Shown: positions 8,894 to 19,114, counted from the first letter of the stretch. The stretch: DNA of 64,000 nt from Anaerolineales bacterium (GCA_035498395.1 DATKAF010000297.1:930-64929); one strand, 5' to 3'. The notes: generated by a model from the sequence alone, not told the origin. Numbers and translations: made by a program.

Positions 8894-10132
8894 CTATGCG
8901 GTATTTTCGATGATCGCCACCATGCGGGGCAGAAGCGCGGAGCGGGTCATGTGTTGGAGGGCGAAGTTCCTGCCGTTGATCCCGCGGGTTCGTAGGTCGC
9001 CGGGATGCATGCGGGAAAGCTCACGGATGTGCCGGGTGATGGCCTCCGCATCGCCGGCTGGGACCACCCAGCCGCACGAAGAGTCACGGACCATCTCGGC
9101 CAACTCGCTGCCTTCTGCGGCGCAGCACAGCACGGGCCGCTCGGCCAGCATGTACGTGATCAGCTTGGAAGGCACCGAGACGAGCGCCTGGTTGCCATAA
9201 GTCGGCAGGATGAAGAGGCTGGCGGCGGCCAGCACGCCGGAGGTCTCCGATTCGAGCCACGGCGTGTGGAACAGCACGCGGGGGTTCCGGATGGCCTGTG
9301 CAAGGTTGCGCCATTCGTGCAACTTGCTGCCGCTGCCTGCCACCAGCAGATAGATATCCTGCTCGGCGTGCAGGTTCTGGAAAGCCCGGATGGCCGCGTC
9401 CAGCCCGGAGGCTGCACCGATGTTGCCCGCGTAGACCACGAGGAAGGCTCCCTCCGGGATGTCATGGCTGCGGCGCACGTGGTTCGAACGCGGTTCCAGC
9501 TCCACTTGCCCCTCATCGATCCAGTTCGGGATGACGTGGATCTTCTCAGCCGGGACACGGCGGTCCTGGATGTAGATGTCGCGGAAGCGCTCGGAGATGA
9601 CCACGACAGCCGCGCTGCTTTGCTTCACCTTCTGATCGATCCAGCGCAGGAGGCGGAAAAGCCGGCTTTGCTTGCCCTGGATGCGGCTCTGGATGGAGAG
9701 CGACTCGGGGTAGATGTCCTGCACCGTCACGACCAGGGGAATGCCGCGCAGGCGGCAGACGAGCGCCAGCAGGCCCTGGGCGAATATGGGCCAGGTATTG
9801 CCATACAGCACATCGGCTTTGGGGAGGAACAGCACGGCCAGCGCGCCGCTGATGCCGAACGAGATGTTCTCCATGAACCGGCTGATCAGGCCCGATTCGG
9901 AGGAGGTCAACGAGAAGACGCGCAGCACCTGGAACTTCTGGAAAGCCTTGTCGTGCATCCAGGGCATGCGCTTGTAACCCGCGAAGACCTTGCCGCCCGG
10001 CCGGTTGGGATAGGAGGCGATCACGCGCACCTGGTGCCCTTTGCGCGCGAGCTCCTCCGCCAGGTCGGTGCTGGTGCGCGCCGAGGTGACGGCTTCGGGG
10101 CTGAACAGGCAGGTAAGGATATCGATCTTCAT
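8894..10132 (-). CDS. Glycosyltransferase family 4 (WcaI-like)
   Basis: GT-B layout. The N-terminus MKIDILTCLFSPE...ELARKGHQVRVIASYPN is typical of the WcaI type. The C-terminal half has the EX7E-like region (PSKLITYMLAERPVL). Confidence 0.85.
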   Translation of the reverse strand: MKIDILTCLFSPEAVTSARTSTDLAEELARKGHQVRVIASYPNRPGGKVFAGYKRMPWMHDKAFQKFQVLRVFSLTSSESGLISRFMENISFGISGALAVLFLPKADVLYGNTWPIFAQGLLALVCRLRGIPLVVTVQDIYPESLSIQSRIQGKQSRLFRLLRWIDQKVKQSSAAVVVISERFRDIYIQDRRVPAEKIHVIPNWIDEGQVELEPRSNHVRRSHDIPEGAFLVVYAGNIGAASGLDAAIRAFQNLHAEQDIYLLVAGSGSKLHEWRNLAQAIRNPRVLFHTPWLESETSGVLAAASLFILPTYGNQALVSVPSKLITYMLAERPVLCCAAEGSELAEMVRDSSCGWVVPAGDAEAITRHIRELSRMHPGDLRTRGINGRNFALQHMTRSALLPRMVAIIENTA

Positions 10133-10158
10133 GGGGAGTCGAGTAAGGCCGTTTGGAA

Positions 10159-11313
10159 CTAGTGCGGGTCCTTGACCAGCAGGATATCAGGGAAGACGAT
10201 CCTCAGCATTTGCGAGACGACCACGTCGGCGCGGAACTCGCGGCTGCGGCGGTGGTTGGCCTCGCCCATCCTCTGCTGCAGGTCGGGGTCAACCGCCAGC
10301 TTGCAGATGGCCTCTGCCAGGGCCGCGCTATCCTGCGTCGGCACGATGAAGCCGTTGACGCCGTCGGCGACGAGCTCGGGCAGCGTGCGGATATTGGTGG
10401 TGATGACGGGGACGCCGGCCAGCATGGCCTCGATCAGCACGCCCGGATGCCCCTCGGTATCGTAGTAGGTGGGCAGCACCAGCAGGTCATACTGGGAGAT
10501 CAACTGCGGGCCGGTGCCGGCCTCTGCCACGCCGCAATAGCGCGCGCCGGGCGTGGCTGCCAGGCTCTGCATGAACTCGTCTTGGATCTCGTTGTGCAGC
10601 GGGCCGTAGAAGTCGCAAGCGACTTCGCGGTCGCACATCTGCTTGAGCAGGCGCAGGGCCTCCAGCAGGTAAAGCGGGCCTTTCAGCCGCGAGACATGCG
10701 CCAGGTAGATGATGCGCAGGGCGCCGGAGCGCTGCCGGGCCGTCTCGGTGACGGGGGTCAGTGGGCGGCAGCCGGGCAGGTAATGCACATTCGGAACGCC
10801 CATTTTGCTCAGGTCGTGCCGCAGCCGCTGGGTCTGGGCCAGGATGCCATCGGTGCCGCGCAATACCGCCAGCAGGTAGGCGCGCAGCGGTTTCTTCTGC
10901 GCGTCGATGAACATGTCAAGGCTGGCTGCCACGGGCTTGAGGAAGAAGGGCTTGCGGAAAAGCCGCGCCATGAAGAGCAGGACCGGCACCAGTGTTATGG
11001 CGAACAGGTCGTTGGCAAAGACCACCACCGCATCGCAGCGACGCACTTCCGCGAGGAACTGCGGCACGATCATGGCCGAGCGGAAGACCTTCTCGAAGTT
11101 GAAGCCGGTCATCTTCTTGCGCACGTCGCGCATGGGCGAGGTATTTATGAGAGTCACTTCGACGTCAGGATACTGGGCGAGCTCGGCCAGCATGGCCTGC
11201 ACCGTGAGAGGCGAGCCGCCGATGGGGGGCGGCTTGGGCCCCACCATGAGCAGGTGGAGAGGATGCACGGAGCTTTCCACTTTCAATTTTTGGGGCAAAG
11301 CAACGCTTTTCAT
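10159..11313 (-). CDS. Glycosyltransferase family 4
   Basis: LHLLMVGPKPPPIGGSPLTV N-terminus and C-terminal GHPGVLIEAMLAGVPVITT (GT1/GT4 motif). Start set to the ATG at 11311-11313 with AGGA upstream. The track extension overlaps the upstream gene. Confidence 0.85.
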   Translation of the reverse strand: MKSVALPQKLKVESSVHPLHLLMVGPKPPPIGGSPLTVQAMLAELAQYPDVEVTLINTSPMRDVRKKMTGFNFEKVFRSAMIVPQFLAEVRRCDAVVVFANDLFAITLVPVLLFMARLFRKPFFLKPVAASLDMFIDAQKKPLRAYLLAVLRGTDGILAQTQRLRHDLSKMGVPNVHYLPGCRPLTPVTETARQRSGALRIIYLAHVSRLKGPLYLLEALRLLKQMCDREVACDFYGPLHNEIQDEFMQSLAATPGARYCGVAEAGTGPQLISQYDLLVLPTYYDTEGHPGVLIEAMLAGVPVITTNIRTLPELVADGVNGFIVPTQDSAALAEAICKLAVDPDLQQRMGEANHRRSREFRADVVVSQMLRIVFPDILLVKDPH

Positions 11314-11332
11314 GCCGGTTTTCCTGATGGGT

Positions 11333-12829
11333 CTAAGGGGTTGGCCGTGTGCCGTTGAGGAACTCTTCGAGATTGGTGTATCCATCCGCATTGGCGTCCC
11401 GGGCGCCATCCGAGGGGTCGTTGGGGTTCAAGCCGTACTTCGCCTCCCAGGCATCGGGCATGCCGTCATGGTCGGCATCGGCGCAGGGCACGGCGGGCGG
11501 GATCGTCAGCCAGCCGCCGACCTGCGAGGGATCATCGATGATCTTGCCGGTCCCGTTGAGCACATCGGAGACGATGCGTGTGTCAATGGCGTCTCTGCGA
11601 GAGATAAATGCCCCGCTGCAATCCAGGCCCTTGTTGGCTCCCGCATCGGCAGTCACCTGCTGATACGCCTGCTGTGCGCTGGTGGTGGTGACCGGCGCGG
11701 CCGGGTACGGCGCGCTGACCACGAATTGCCTTGAGTCCGGGTTGACGACCTCGATGTCCGGCTGGTTGTCCTCCTGGCGCTGCGGCCCGAGGTTGCCTTT
11801 CACGTAGATGCCCGCTCCCGGCGTGCCCGGATTGAGCGCCCGGATGCTGTACTTCACTTCCGTGTCTGGGCCGGGCTTGTAGTAGTTGCCCACGTAATTG
11901 ACCTGATCCTGGGCCAACTGGTCGACCATATCGATGTGGCTGAAGGTGCCGGAGGGATTGTAGGCCACGTTGTTGACCACATCCACCACGCCCGCGGCCT
12001 CGATATACGGGTTGCGCTCGCCGTCGTGCGCCATCAGGTTGTGATGGAAGGAGAGGTTGTAGGCGCCCGGCTGGCTCTTGCTCTCATCACTGGCATAGCC
12101 GCCCAGCAGCACGCCCTTGGTGTGGCAGCCCTTGGGATTGATGCTGCAATTCAGCCCCTCCGAGAAGATATTCCACTGGATGCTGACATCGTGCACGTCG
12201 TACCAGGTGGACAGGTCCCGGTTCACACCCCAGCTCATGGAGTTGTGGTCGATGACGACGTTGTAGGTATCGTGGTTGGCGGAGGCCAGGACCTGCATGG
12301 CGTCGCCCGCGGAGGGAGGACCTGCGCGCAGTGTAAGATAGCGGATGACCACATCGTGCGTCTGCACCTCGACCAGGTTCTCCGCCGCGGCATTCACATC
12401 ACGGATTGTGATGCCGCCTCCCGGAGCCGTCTGCCCGGCGATGGTGATGAACGGGTTGCGGACCTTCAGGCCGGTCTGCAACTCGATGGTGCCCGCCACT
12501 CGGAAGACCACGGTACGGGGCCCGCTTGCATCGATGGCGGCTCGTAGGGAGCCGGGGCCGCTGTCGTCGAGGTTCGTTACTTCGATGACCTGCCCGCCGC
12601 GCCCGCCCTTGGACCTGGCCCCCATTCCCTCTGCCCCCGGAAAAGCAGGGATATCTGCCGGGGCCGGTTTCGCCGTAGCCGTTGCCGGGGACTGGGTGGG
12701 GATCGTCACGGACGAGACCGTGGCGGTCGCGGATGTGGGGTCCTGCGGTGCTGCCGAACAGCCAGCCAGCAGAACGGCAGTGGTCGCTATGAGCACGAGT
12801 CGAGAGGTGGTCGCTGCGGTGGATCTCAT
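11333..12829 (-). CDS. Secreted lipoprotein with pectate-lyase (PL1-like) right-handed beta-helix fold
   Basis: Lipobox signal MRSTAATTSRLVLIATTAVLLAGC. AFPGAEGMGARSKGGRGGQVIEVTNLDDSGPGSLR and VVIDHNS (vWiDH-like) are pectate-lyase hallmarks. The C-terminal Asp-rich Ca-binding tail is DADHDGMPDAWE...DANADGYTNLEEFL. Its start shares 1 nt with the stop of the Wzy-like gene (TGATG). Confidence 0.75.
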   Translation of the reverse strand: MRSTAATTSRLVLIATTAVLLAGCSAAPQDPTSATATVSSVTIPTQSPATATAKPAPADIPAFPGAEGMGARSKGGRGGQVIEVTNLDDSGPGSLRAAIDASGPRTVVFRVAGTIELQTGLKVRNPFITIAGQTAPGGGITIRDVNAAAENLVEVQTHDVVIRYLTLRAGPPSAGDAMQVLASANHDTYNVVIDHNSMSWGVNRDLSTWYDVHDVSIQWNIFSEGLNCSINPKGCHTKGVLLGGYASDESKSQPGAYNLSFHHNLMAHDGERNPYIEAAGVVDVVNNVAYNPSGTFSHIDMVDQLAQDQVNYVGNYYKPGPDTEVKYSIRALNPGTPGAGIYVKGNLGPQRQEDNQPDIEVVNPDSRQFVVSAPYPAAPVTTTSAQQAYQQVTADAGANKGLDCSGAFISRRDAIDTRIVSDVLNGTGKIIDDPSQVGGWLTIPPAVPCADADHDGMPDAWEAKYGLNPNDPSDGARDANADGYTNLEEFLNGTRPTP

Positions 12830-14055
12830 CACGCTTCTTCCGGGTTCGCCAGGGGTTGGGCGAGCTGCAAATCCGGGGCGCCGTCCTGTGGGGCAGGAAT
12901 GGCTTCCGTCTGCGGCGCAACCTCGATGCTGCCTGCCACGACAACCAGTGTCAGGATTAGCCACGTCAGCTTCCGGAACTCCCAGGAGAGGGAAAGCACG
13001 CCGATGGCCCACGTCGCCAGGACCGCGATCCACAACGCGGCGTGCTTTTCGGGGGAACGAATGGCCTGATACACTGCCACGGCAATGATCGAGAAGAACA
13101 ATATGAACCCGATGAAGCCGGTTTCCGTGGCGATCGATACGTAGGTGTTGTGCGCGGCTGAACCGATCAGGGGATCCAGCGTGCCGCCGCCGACGCCGAG
13201 GAGTGGATGCTGCGCCAGGATCTCGACGGCCTGGCGCCACAGTGCCACGCGACCGCCCAGATCCTCGCCTGCGATGGAGGCGCCGGTCGTGCCGAGCCGG
13301 CTGATGACAGCCTGCGGAATCAGGGGGAGAAACACCAGCATGACGACCAGCAGAATGACAAAGGTCAGGATGCGCCGCTGAAGCTTGATCTCGGGGGTCA
13401 GCGCGATGTATGCAAAGAAGGGGATGGCTGCCAGCAGCGAAGTGCGGCTGCCTGTAAGGAGCACGGCAAAGATCGCCATGGGCATGTAGGCAAGGTTCAC
13501 GAATCTCAGGATTGTGTTCCCGGCTCCGCGTCCATGGTTCAAAAACAGGTGCAGTGCCATCGGCAGTCCGAGGATCAAGGCCAGCGCCATATCGACCGCA
13601 TTGACGCCCGTGGCGCTGTAGCGGCTCTCGTAGGCGACCGCGACAGTGCCATTTGCATAGTTAATGAACGTGCTGATGATCAGGACATAGGCGCCCAGAA
13701 TAAACGCTTGAAGCCCACCCTTGAGCTCGCCGGGGCTTTGGAAAACCTCCCAGAACACCAGCACGAACAGGAAGATCTGGCTGTACGTGGTGATGCGCTG
13801 GATGGTGCCGGTCGCGTCCAGGCTCCAATAGACGCTCAGGAAGTTCCAGAGGAAAAACAATAGCACCAGGAAGTGGTAGATGTGAGGCTTGCGGAAGTGG
13901 CCCTGGATCAGGATCGTGATCAGCCAGCAGGCCGCCAGCACGAGGCCCATGACGCGCGCGAGCGAGCCCCACCCAGAGGTGGAGATCATGTCCTCCCACG
14001 GGATGAGGAAGATGAAGATCAGGGACAGGACGTATGTTACGCGGCGCACGCTCAA
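12829..14055 (-). CDS. O-antigen ligase/polymerase-like (Wzy-type) integral membrane protein
   Basis: About 10-12 predicted TM helices, with a Wzy_C-like loop and helix (LLTGSRTSLLAAIPFFAYIAL). Confidence 0.8.
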   Translation of the reverse strand: MSVRRVTYVLSLIFIFLIPWEDMISTSGWGSLARVMGLVLAACWLITILIQGHFRKPHIYHFLVLLFFLWNFLSVYWSLDATGTIQRITTYSQIFLFVLVFWEVFQSPGELKGGLQAFILGAYVLIISTFINYANGTVAVAYESRYSATGVNAVDMALALILGLPMALHLFLNHGRGAGNTILRFVNLAYMPMAIFAVLLTGSRTSLLAAIPFFAYIALTPEIKLQRRILTFVILLVVMLVFLPLIPQAVISRLGTTGASIAGEDLGGRVALWRQAVEILAQHPLLGVGGGTLDPLIGSAAHNTYVSIATETGFIGFILFFSIIAVAVYQAIRSPEKHAALWIAVLATWAIGVLSLSWEFRKLTWLILTLVVVAGSIEVAPQTEAIPAPQDGAPDLQLAQPLANPEEA

Positions 14056-15155
14056 GCTCCAAGCATCAATTGAAGGTAGCGATCAACGACAAAGCCAGAT
14101 TCATACGTATGCCAGCTTTCTTCCGGAGGGCGGCAAGCCGGCGTATCCAGTGAACCCGCAATTGCATCGGCCAAGGCACCGGGCGAATCAACCGGGACCA
14201 TACGGCCGTATTGACCGTTTCTCAGGATCTCGCGGGTGCCGCCGGGGCAATCCGTTGCAACGATCGGCGTCCCGAGACGGAGTGCCTCGATCAGGACGGT
14301 CGGCAGCCCCTCCCAGCGTGACGGCAGGACGAAGAGAGAAGCTCGCGCCATATAGGGATACGGGTTCTGCACAAAACCCTGGAGACATACATCGGCATCC
14401 AGGCCGAGCTCATGGATAAGCGCCTCCAGGCTCGGCCGTAGGTCGCCTTCTCCCAGGATCAACAGGCGCATGGGGCGATGCTGCCGGAGGACCGAAAAGG
14501 CCCGGATCAACACGTCGAAGCCCTTCTGCGGAGCCAGCCTTCCCACCGAGACGATCACGGGCGGCTCACCTGGCTGGAACCATGCATGTTGCAACGGCTC
14601 CGTGGATTTCTGCACCAGTTCCGCCGTGACAACCGGGTTGTACAAGACGTGAATGCGCTCACGCGGGATGGTGGTCGTACGCGCCAGGTCTTCGGCGATG
14701 CCGTTCGAGACAGCAATGATCTCCGTCGCCCACGGATAGAACCAGCCGGCAAGCCTCGGATACCACTTCCAGCGCATGTCTGCCTGATTCGTCACCACAG
14801 AGGAAAGCGTATTGTGCTCGCTGATGAGCAGCCTGTCGAGGACGCCGCTGAGGCGTTGCGCCCAAAGCGCCATCAGGTTCGCGAACATTGCCGATAGCAT
14901 GGCCACAGGGCGCTCTTGCCGTAGATACTGCGCCAGGGCAGGCACGCTGCCTAATACGCGAGCTGCCTTCAGGTCGATCAACCGCACACTAGCGGGCACC
15001 TGCGGCATGTAAGGGCCTTCCGCACGCGCCAGCACGAGATCCACCGGATAGCCGCGAGCCGCGATCCCATCCGCCAGGTTGAGGATGACGCGTTCCGCGC
15101 CGCCTTCATAGAGGCCGGGCAAAAAGAATGCAAGTCGGGCTTGAGATGTGCTCAT
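14052..15155 (-). CDS. Glycosyltransferase family 4
   Basis: FFLPGLYEGGAERVILNLA N-terminus and C-terminal WEGLPTVLIEALRLGTPIVATDCPGG motif. ATGA overlap with the downstream gene. Confidence 0.85.
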   Translation of the reverse strand: MSTSQARLAFFLPGLYEGGAERVILNLADGIAARGYPVDLVLARAEGPYMPQVPASVRLIDLKAARVLGSVPALAQYLRQERPVAMLSAMFANLMALWAQRLSGVLDRLLISEHNTLSSVVTNQADMRWKWYPRLAGWFYPWATEIIAVSNGIAEDLARTTTIPRERIHVLYNPVVTAELVQKSTEPLQHAWFQPGEPPVIVSVGRLAPQKGFDVLIRAFSVLRQHRPMRLLILGEGDLRPSLEALIHELGLDADVCLQGFVQNPYPYMARASLFVLPSRWEGLPTVLIEALRLGTPIVATDCPGGTREILRNGQYGRMVPVDSPGALADAIAGSLDTPACRPPEESWHTYESGFVVDRYLQLMLGA

Positions 15156-15199
15156 CTATGACGTTTCGGTCAGGCGTCCGGATGCGGGCGCCGTCATGT

Positions 15200-15928
15200 T
15201 CAAGGCTGAAGACCAAATTGGAGGAGTAGATCCGCTGCGATCTCATCCGGCGTGAGGCGTTCCGCACCGGCCAGCAGGATACGGATCTTGGGGTTTTCGT
15301 CGATCAGCGAAGAGAGCGTGCGTGCGTAGGCGGCTCGGAATTGATCCAGGAATGCAAAAGCCGTGCCTGCCGATGTATCCTTCACGATGTGCTCTTTGCC
15401 GCGTCCTCGAATGCGCCGGTCCAAGACGTCATTCGGTGCGTCGAGCCACACCACGGCTTCGAGCGTGGCAGCCCACCTTCTGTATAGGGATTGCAGCGGC
15501 CTTTCGGGCGGCCTGTTCCGGAGGCTGTACGGACCAAATGCGGAGAGTTCCGTCAGGAGGTAGACCGGACCCTGGTCCAGAATGATCGTCCGGGGATCGG
15601 CCTGCATTTGCTGCCGCAGAAGCTCCGGCCAGCCATTCAGAATGGAGAGCCATGCAAACTCCCGGCGGGTGATGCTCCGATCGTTATCAGCAGGCAGCCG
15701 GAGCAGGCCGGGTATGGTGCGCAGGCTGTTCCATGCAAAGAACGGGGCGCTGGTGATCTTCCGGACATCGGGGAAATTGCAGAGGTGGATCCGCTCGCTG
15801 GCTGCTGCGAGCGCCTCGCTGACGGTGCTCTTTCCCGCTCCGGCAGGCCCCACGAACTCGACGAGCCGGGGCAACCGGGATTGATCCTGGCCTGTCTCGA
15901 AGGCGTGTTCGATCAGTTCGGCGCTCAT
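15200..15928 (-). CDS. P-loop NTPase, nucleoside/nucleotide-kinase-like, function unknown
   Basis: Walker A FVGPAGAGKST, then LDQGPVY, then VVWLDAPNDVLDRRIRGRG (kinase-fold lid-like). No closer assignment possible by eye. Confidence 0.6.
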   Translation of the reverse strand: MSAELIEHAFETGQDQSRLPRLVEFVGPAGAGKSTVSEALAAASERIHLCNFPDVRKITSAPFFAWNSLRTIPGLLRLPADNDRSITRREFAWLSILNGWPELLRQQMQADPRTIILDQGPVYLLTELSAFGPYSLRNRPPERPLQSLYRRWAATLEAVVWLDAPNDVLDRRIRGRGKEHIVKDTSAGTAFAFLDQFRAAYARTLSSLIDENPKIRILLAGAERLTPDEIAADLLLQFGLQP

Positions 15929-15937
15929 CTCAGCGCG

Positions 15938-17527
15938 CTAGGAAGACTGCGCCACGCTCATCGCGGAGCGGATGCGGCGAACCATTCCGTCACGCTGTTC
16001 AGCCGAAAGGCCAGCGTAGAACGAGACGCCAAGCATCAGCAAACCAGTGATTCCCGCGGCTACGATGAAAAGGATCCAGCCGTGGATGACCGAACCCGCC
16101 GATGAAGACAAAACGCGATCCAAGCCCGCGGCGGCCGCGAAGAGCAACGCGGTCACAAGAGCAGGCCGGATGGCTCCTTTGAGCTGCACAGCAAGCGTGG
16201 TGCCGAGGAACTTGCCGATGAGCAGGGGATAGCCGATGCTGATGATCAACCGGCCTCCCATGATCCCGAGGCAGAGGCCGACGATGCCTGCATCAAAATA
16301 CCCGACCATGAGGCTGGCTGCCCCAACGGACACGACCACCGAAATCAGCCCGAGAAGCACTTTCTGGCTCATCCGTAGGGTCAGGTCAATGACATTACCA
16401 TCGCTCCGGATCAGGGCGAGCTGCAGCGCGGCGATGACGACCAGCAGGTTGGGGAGCGTGCCCGCGTAGTGGTCCACGCCGACCCACAGGCCGAGAAAGG
16501 TACGGTTCCACAGCACGATGGATGCGCCCAATGCCGTCCCGGCCAGCCAGATGAAGGAATTGATCTCGTTGCGCACGCGGATCGCCTTCCCGTGGTCCCC
16601 GGTGCCGACGATCTTGCCAAGCCCCGGGATGATGCCCATGACGACGATCACGATCACGCCAATGAGGTTCTCCGGCACATACTTGGTCAGTGTGTAGTTG
16701 GTTACAGATTCGACCGATTGAAGAACGCCCAGGACGACGACATCGCTGACCAGGAGCAGACTCGTGACCAGGTTCCAGCCCATGAACCACCAGCTCAGCC
16801 GAAGCATCTGGCGGGTCTCCTCCGGATAGGGCTTTTCCACGCCGAACCACGGCACATAGCTGCCGACCACCTTCAGGTAGAACAAGCCAGTCGCCAGGGT
16901 GGAGCAGAAGACGGCCGCCGAGATGCCGACCAGTCCCAGGTGCAGGGAGAGAGCCAGCCAGTAGAAGCCGCCGCCGACAAAGACCATGACGACCGACATG
17001 CCCATCCGCTTGTAGCCCAGGTTCTCGCCTTGCAGCGTCACCTGCGGCACGGATGACAGCGCATCGATCACAAGGTTGGCGGACAGGACTGCCGCGGCGA
17101 GCCGCACGATCCAGACATAGTTCGCCGGTGCGTGGACCCAGTACGGCACGTACCAGCTGACGACCGCTCCCACCCCGATGAGCAGCGGCAGGAAGATGAC
17201 CCAGATCAGGAGCGTGCTGCCGACATAGCGCCGCTTCTGCGCGTAATCGGTGGAGGCCTGCTGGTTTGCCAGCGTTGCCTTCAGCGCGAATCCTGGGCGG
17301 CCGCTGGCCGGCGTGATATACCCGACCATGCGGTTCAGGACCTGCCACATCCCGAACAGGTAATTGCCCAACCCTGCCAGCATGAGCGGCGTGATGAGGA
17401 ACGTGACCGCGACGCTGGCGCCATAATCGAGCATGACCGTCAGGGCGTTCAGATACGCCTTCTTGGTCAGTCCGTTATCGGACAAGAGACCGGAGATGAG
17501 CTTTATCGGGCGGCTGATGACAGACAT
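15938..17527 (-). CDS. Wzx-type oligosaccharide flippase (MOP superfamily)
   Basis: 529 aa with about 12-14 TM helices, and a position and composition typical of polysaccharide flippases. Confidence 0.8.
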   Translation of the reverse strand: MSVISRPIKLISGLLSDNGLTKKAYLNALTVMLDYGASVAVTFLITPLMLAGLGNYLFGMWQVLNRMVGYITPASGRPGFALKATLANQQASTDYAQKRRYVGSTLLIWVIFLPLLIGVGAVVSWYVPYWVHAPANYVWIVRLAAAVLSANLVIDALSSVPQVTLQGENLGYKRMGMSVVMVFVGGGFYWLALSLHLGLVGISAAVFCSTLATGLFYLKVVGSYVPWFGVEKPYPEETRQMLRLSWWFMGWNLVTSLLLVSDVVVLGVLQSVESVTNYTLTKYVPENLIGVIVIVVMGIIPGLGKIVGTGDHGKAIRVRNEINSFIWLAGTALGASIVLWNRTFLGLWVGVDHYAGTLPNLLVVIAALQLALIRSDGNVIDLTLRMSQKVLLGLISVVVSVGAASLMVGYFDAGIVGLCLGIMGGRLIISIGYPLLIGKFLGTTLAVQLKGAIRPALVTALLFAAAAGLDRVLSSSAGSVIHGWILFIVAAGITGLLMLGVSFYAGLSAEQRDGMVRRIRSAMSVAQSS

Positions 17528-17599
17528 TACGGATCGATTTCTTTCTGAGTCGTTCCTGTTTATAAGGGCATGCCTGGGAGCGTTGCTGCGAGTGCGAGC

Positions 17600-19108
17600 T
17601 TAGATGTGATCCCAGACGATCTTCCTGATCTGGGAGCTGATCATTTCCCTGGTTTGGCCGGCGTCGATCACATGTGCCGGAAGCTTGTTCCAATCTGCTT
17701 CGAAGACCTGCGTCGAGCGCGCCCGGACCGATTCCCCGGTCTCGTCCACTTTACGCTGGACGGCGATCTCGGGATCCACCTTGAGGACGATCAGCAGGTC
17801 GGGCAGGTGTATCCGGCTGTAGTAAGCTGCCTCGCGGCCGGCGAGGAAATCCAGGAGCCCGCTGCTCCGCCCTCTAACCTCCAGGGCCTGCGGGCACTGA
17901 GGACCATCCATCTCGATGAAGCCGGGGAGCGTGTACCGGTCGCACAGGACGAGCTGCCCGTTGGCCGAGACCCGCCGCGCACCCGCATAGGTCAGGAAGC
18001 GGTCACGCGCCGTACAGGCCGCCCGAATGAACCATGGATAACCATGCGCACGGGGAGAGCTCTCATAGACGTCGCCCTCAAAGGGATAGATGCGCAGCAG
18101 CGTACCGATCTTCAGAATTGCCCGGACGACAGTAGTCGTCCTGGACCATTCCGGCTTGCCCATGTGCAGGCGGGTAACGCTGAAAACACCCGAGAGCCAC
18201 GCGGAGAGATCATCCAGCATGGTGGTCTTGCCTGCGCCATCGCCGCCCACGATGGCAATGAACAAGCCGCCGTGGGCCGGGCGGTTCTTCGCAACATACC
18301 GGAAGAGGCGTCGCTGGATGGGCTGCCATACCCGGTGTGAGAGCTTCAGCATCACGTCGACGGAATGTGGGCGCCGGGCACATGCCAACAGGGCCTTCTG
18401 AAGTTGCTCTCCGGCCCTGACCTTCAACAGGAGCGGGCAATGGGGCTGTACCGCCCGCAGGCACAGGTCGAATAGCTTGCGATCCACCAGTTGCAGGGCT
18501 GCAAGCGCCACATCGACCTTTGACAGCACATCCGGCGCCGTGAGGCATTCGAGTTCATACTTCTCGGATTTGGAGAGCCGTCCATGCCGCATGAGCAGCG
18601 AGTCCCAGGTCGAGTGCTTCAGCACCATGCGGATGACGAGGACCACCAGCTCAAACTCGGGCGCCGGAACCCGAAACAATGCCTGCTGGCAGGCCGATGT
18701 CAGGTACGCACGCTCGACGGGCAGTACATAGTTCTTGGAAAGATCGTTTCCGAGGACCAGTTGATAATGTGCGTGCACATGTACCAGCCGCCCGCTGGAT
18801 TCATCGTGGCCGTAATAGTTCTCGACGCCCGGCAGTTCGTCCTCTTCCGGTGCGAAAACTTCCTTGAACCCCAGCTCGCAAAGGATCTCCGTGAACGCCT
18901 GGGCATCCACGCGGCTGACCAGCAGGTCAAGATCATTCTCGCCGCTCGCGGAGCGGTGCAGGAACGGGTTGCTCTTCCAGTGGCAATAGTCGATCCCCTC
19001 GGCGGAGAGCGCCGCGCACAGGCGGGCAACCAGATCCAGTATCGGACCGTCTCCCGTCGATTTTTCTGAAGCCGTTCGGCTGTGGTATTCCAGTTCAGAT
19101 TGAAGCAC
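17600..19108 (-). CDS. Fusion protein: nucleotidyltransferase-fold N-terminal domain plus thymidylate/deoxynucleoside-kinase-like P-loop C-terminal domain
   Basis: N-terminal domain: SASGENDLDLLVSR (G/S ... DxD pol-beta NTase motif). C-terminal domain: Walker A IVGGDGAGKTT and a DRY-like motif (LCDRYTL). The start is a GTG 6 nt after the upstream stop. Confidence 0.6.
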   Translation of the reverse strand: MLQSELEYHSRTASEKSTGDGPILDLVARLCAALSAEGIDYCHWKSNPFLHRSASGENDLDLLVSRVDAQAFTEILCELGFKEVFAPEEDELPGVENYYGHDESSGRLVHVHAHYQLVLGNDLSKNYVLPVERAYLTSACQQALFRVPAPEFELVVLVIRMVLKHSTWDSLLMRHGRLSKSEKYELECLTAPDVLSKVDVALAALQLVDRKLFDLCLRAVQPHCPLLLKVRAGEQLQKALLACARRPHSVDVMLKLSHRVWQPIQRRLFRYVAKNRPAHGGLFIAIVGGDGAGKTTMLDDLSAWLSGVFSVTRLHMGKPEWSRTTTVVRAILKIGTLLRIYPFEGDVYESSPRAHGYPWFIRAACTARDRFLTYAGARRVSANGQLVLCDRYTLPGFIEMDGPQCPQALEVRGRSSGLLDFLAGREAAYYSRIHLPDLLIVLKVDPEIAVQRKVDETGESVRARSTQVFEADWNKLPAHVIDAGQTREMISSQIRKIVWDHI

Positions 19109-19114
19109 AGAGGT

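Noticed and set aside
10153-11358. Long plus-strand ORF (401 aa) antisense to a GT4 gene. Similar long antisense ORFs occur at 5292-6599, 7275-8285, 9005-10162, 32836-34260, 38408-39571, 54252-55337 and 58388-59773.
   Set aside because: Their translations are dominated by R, G, H, D, A and L, as expected from reading GC-rich coding DNA in the wrong frame or strand. They carry no recognisable motifs. Each fully overlaps a CDS with clear family signatures.
12830-13240. N-terminal extensions offered by the ORF track. Examples are 12830-13240, 3959-4078, 7162-7425, 8148-8417, 11314-11409, 27204-27317, 32729-32830, 39554-39634, 41029-41196, 43019-43306, 45367-45555 and 52959-53063.
   Set aside because: The extensions overlap the upstream gene, are Arg/Pro/Gly-rich, and precede an internal start codon. 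That internal start either has a good Shine-Dalgarno or forms a start/stop overlap with the upstream gene.
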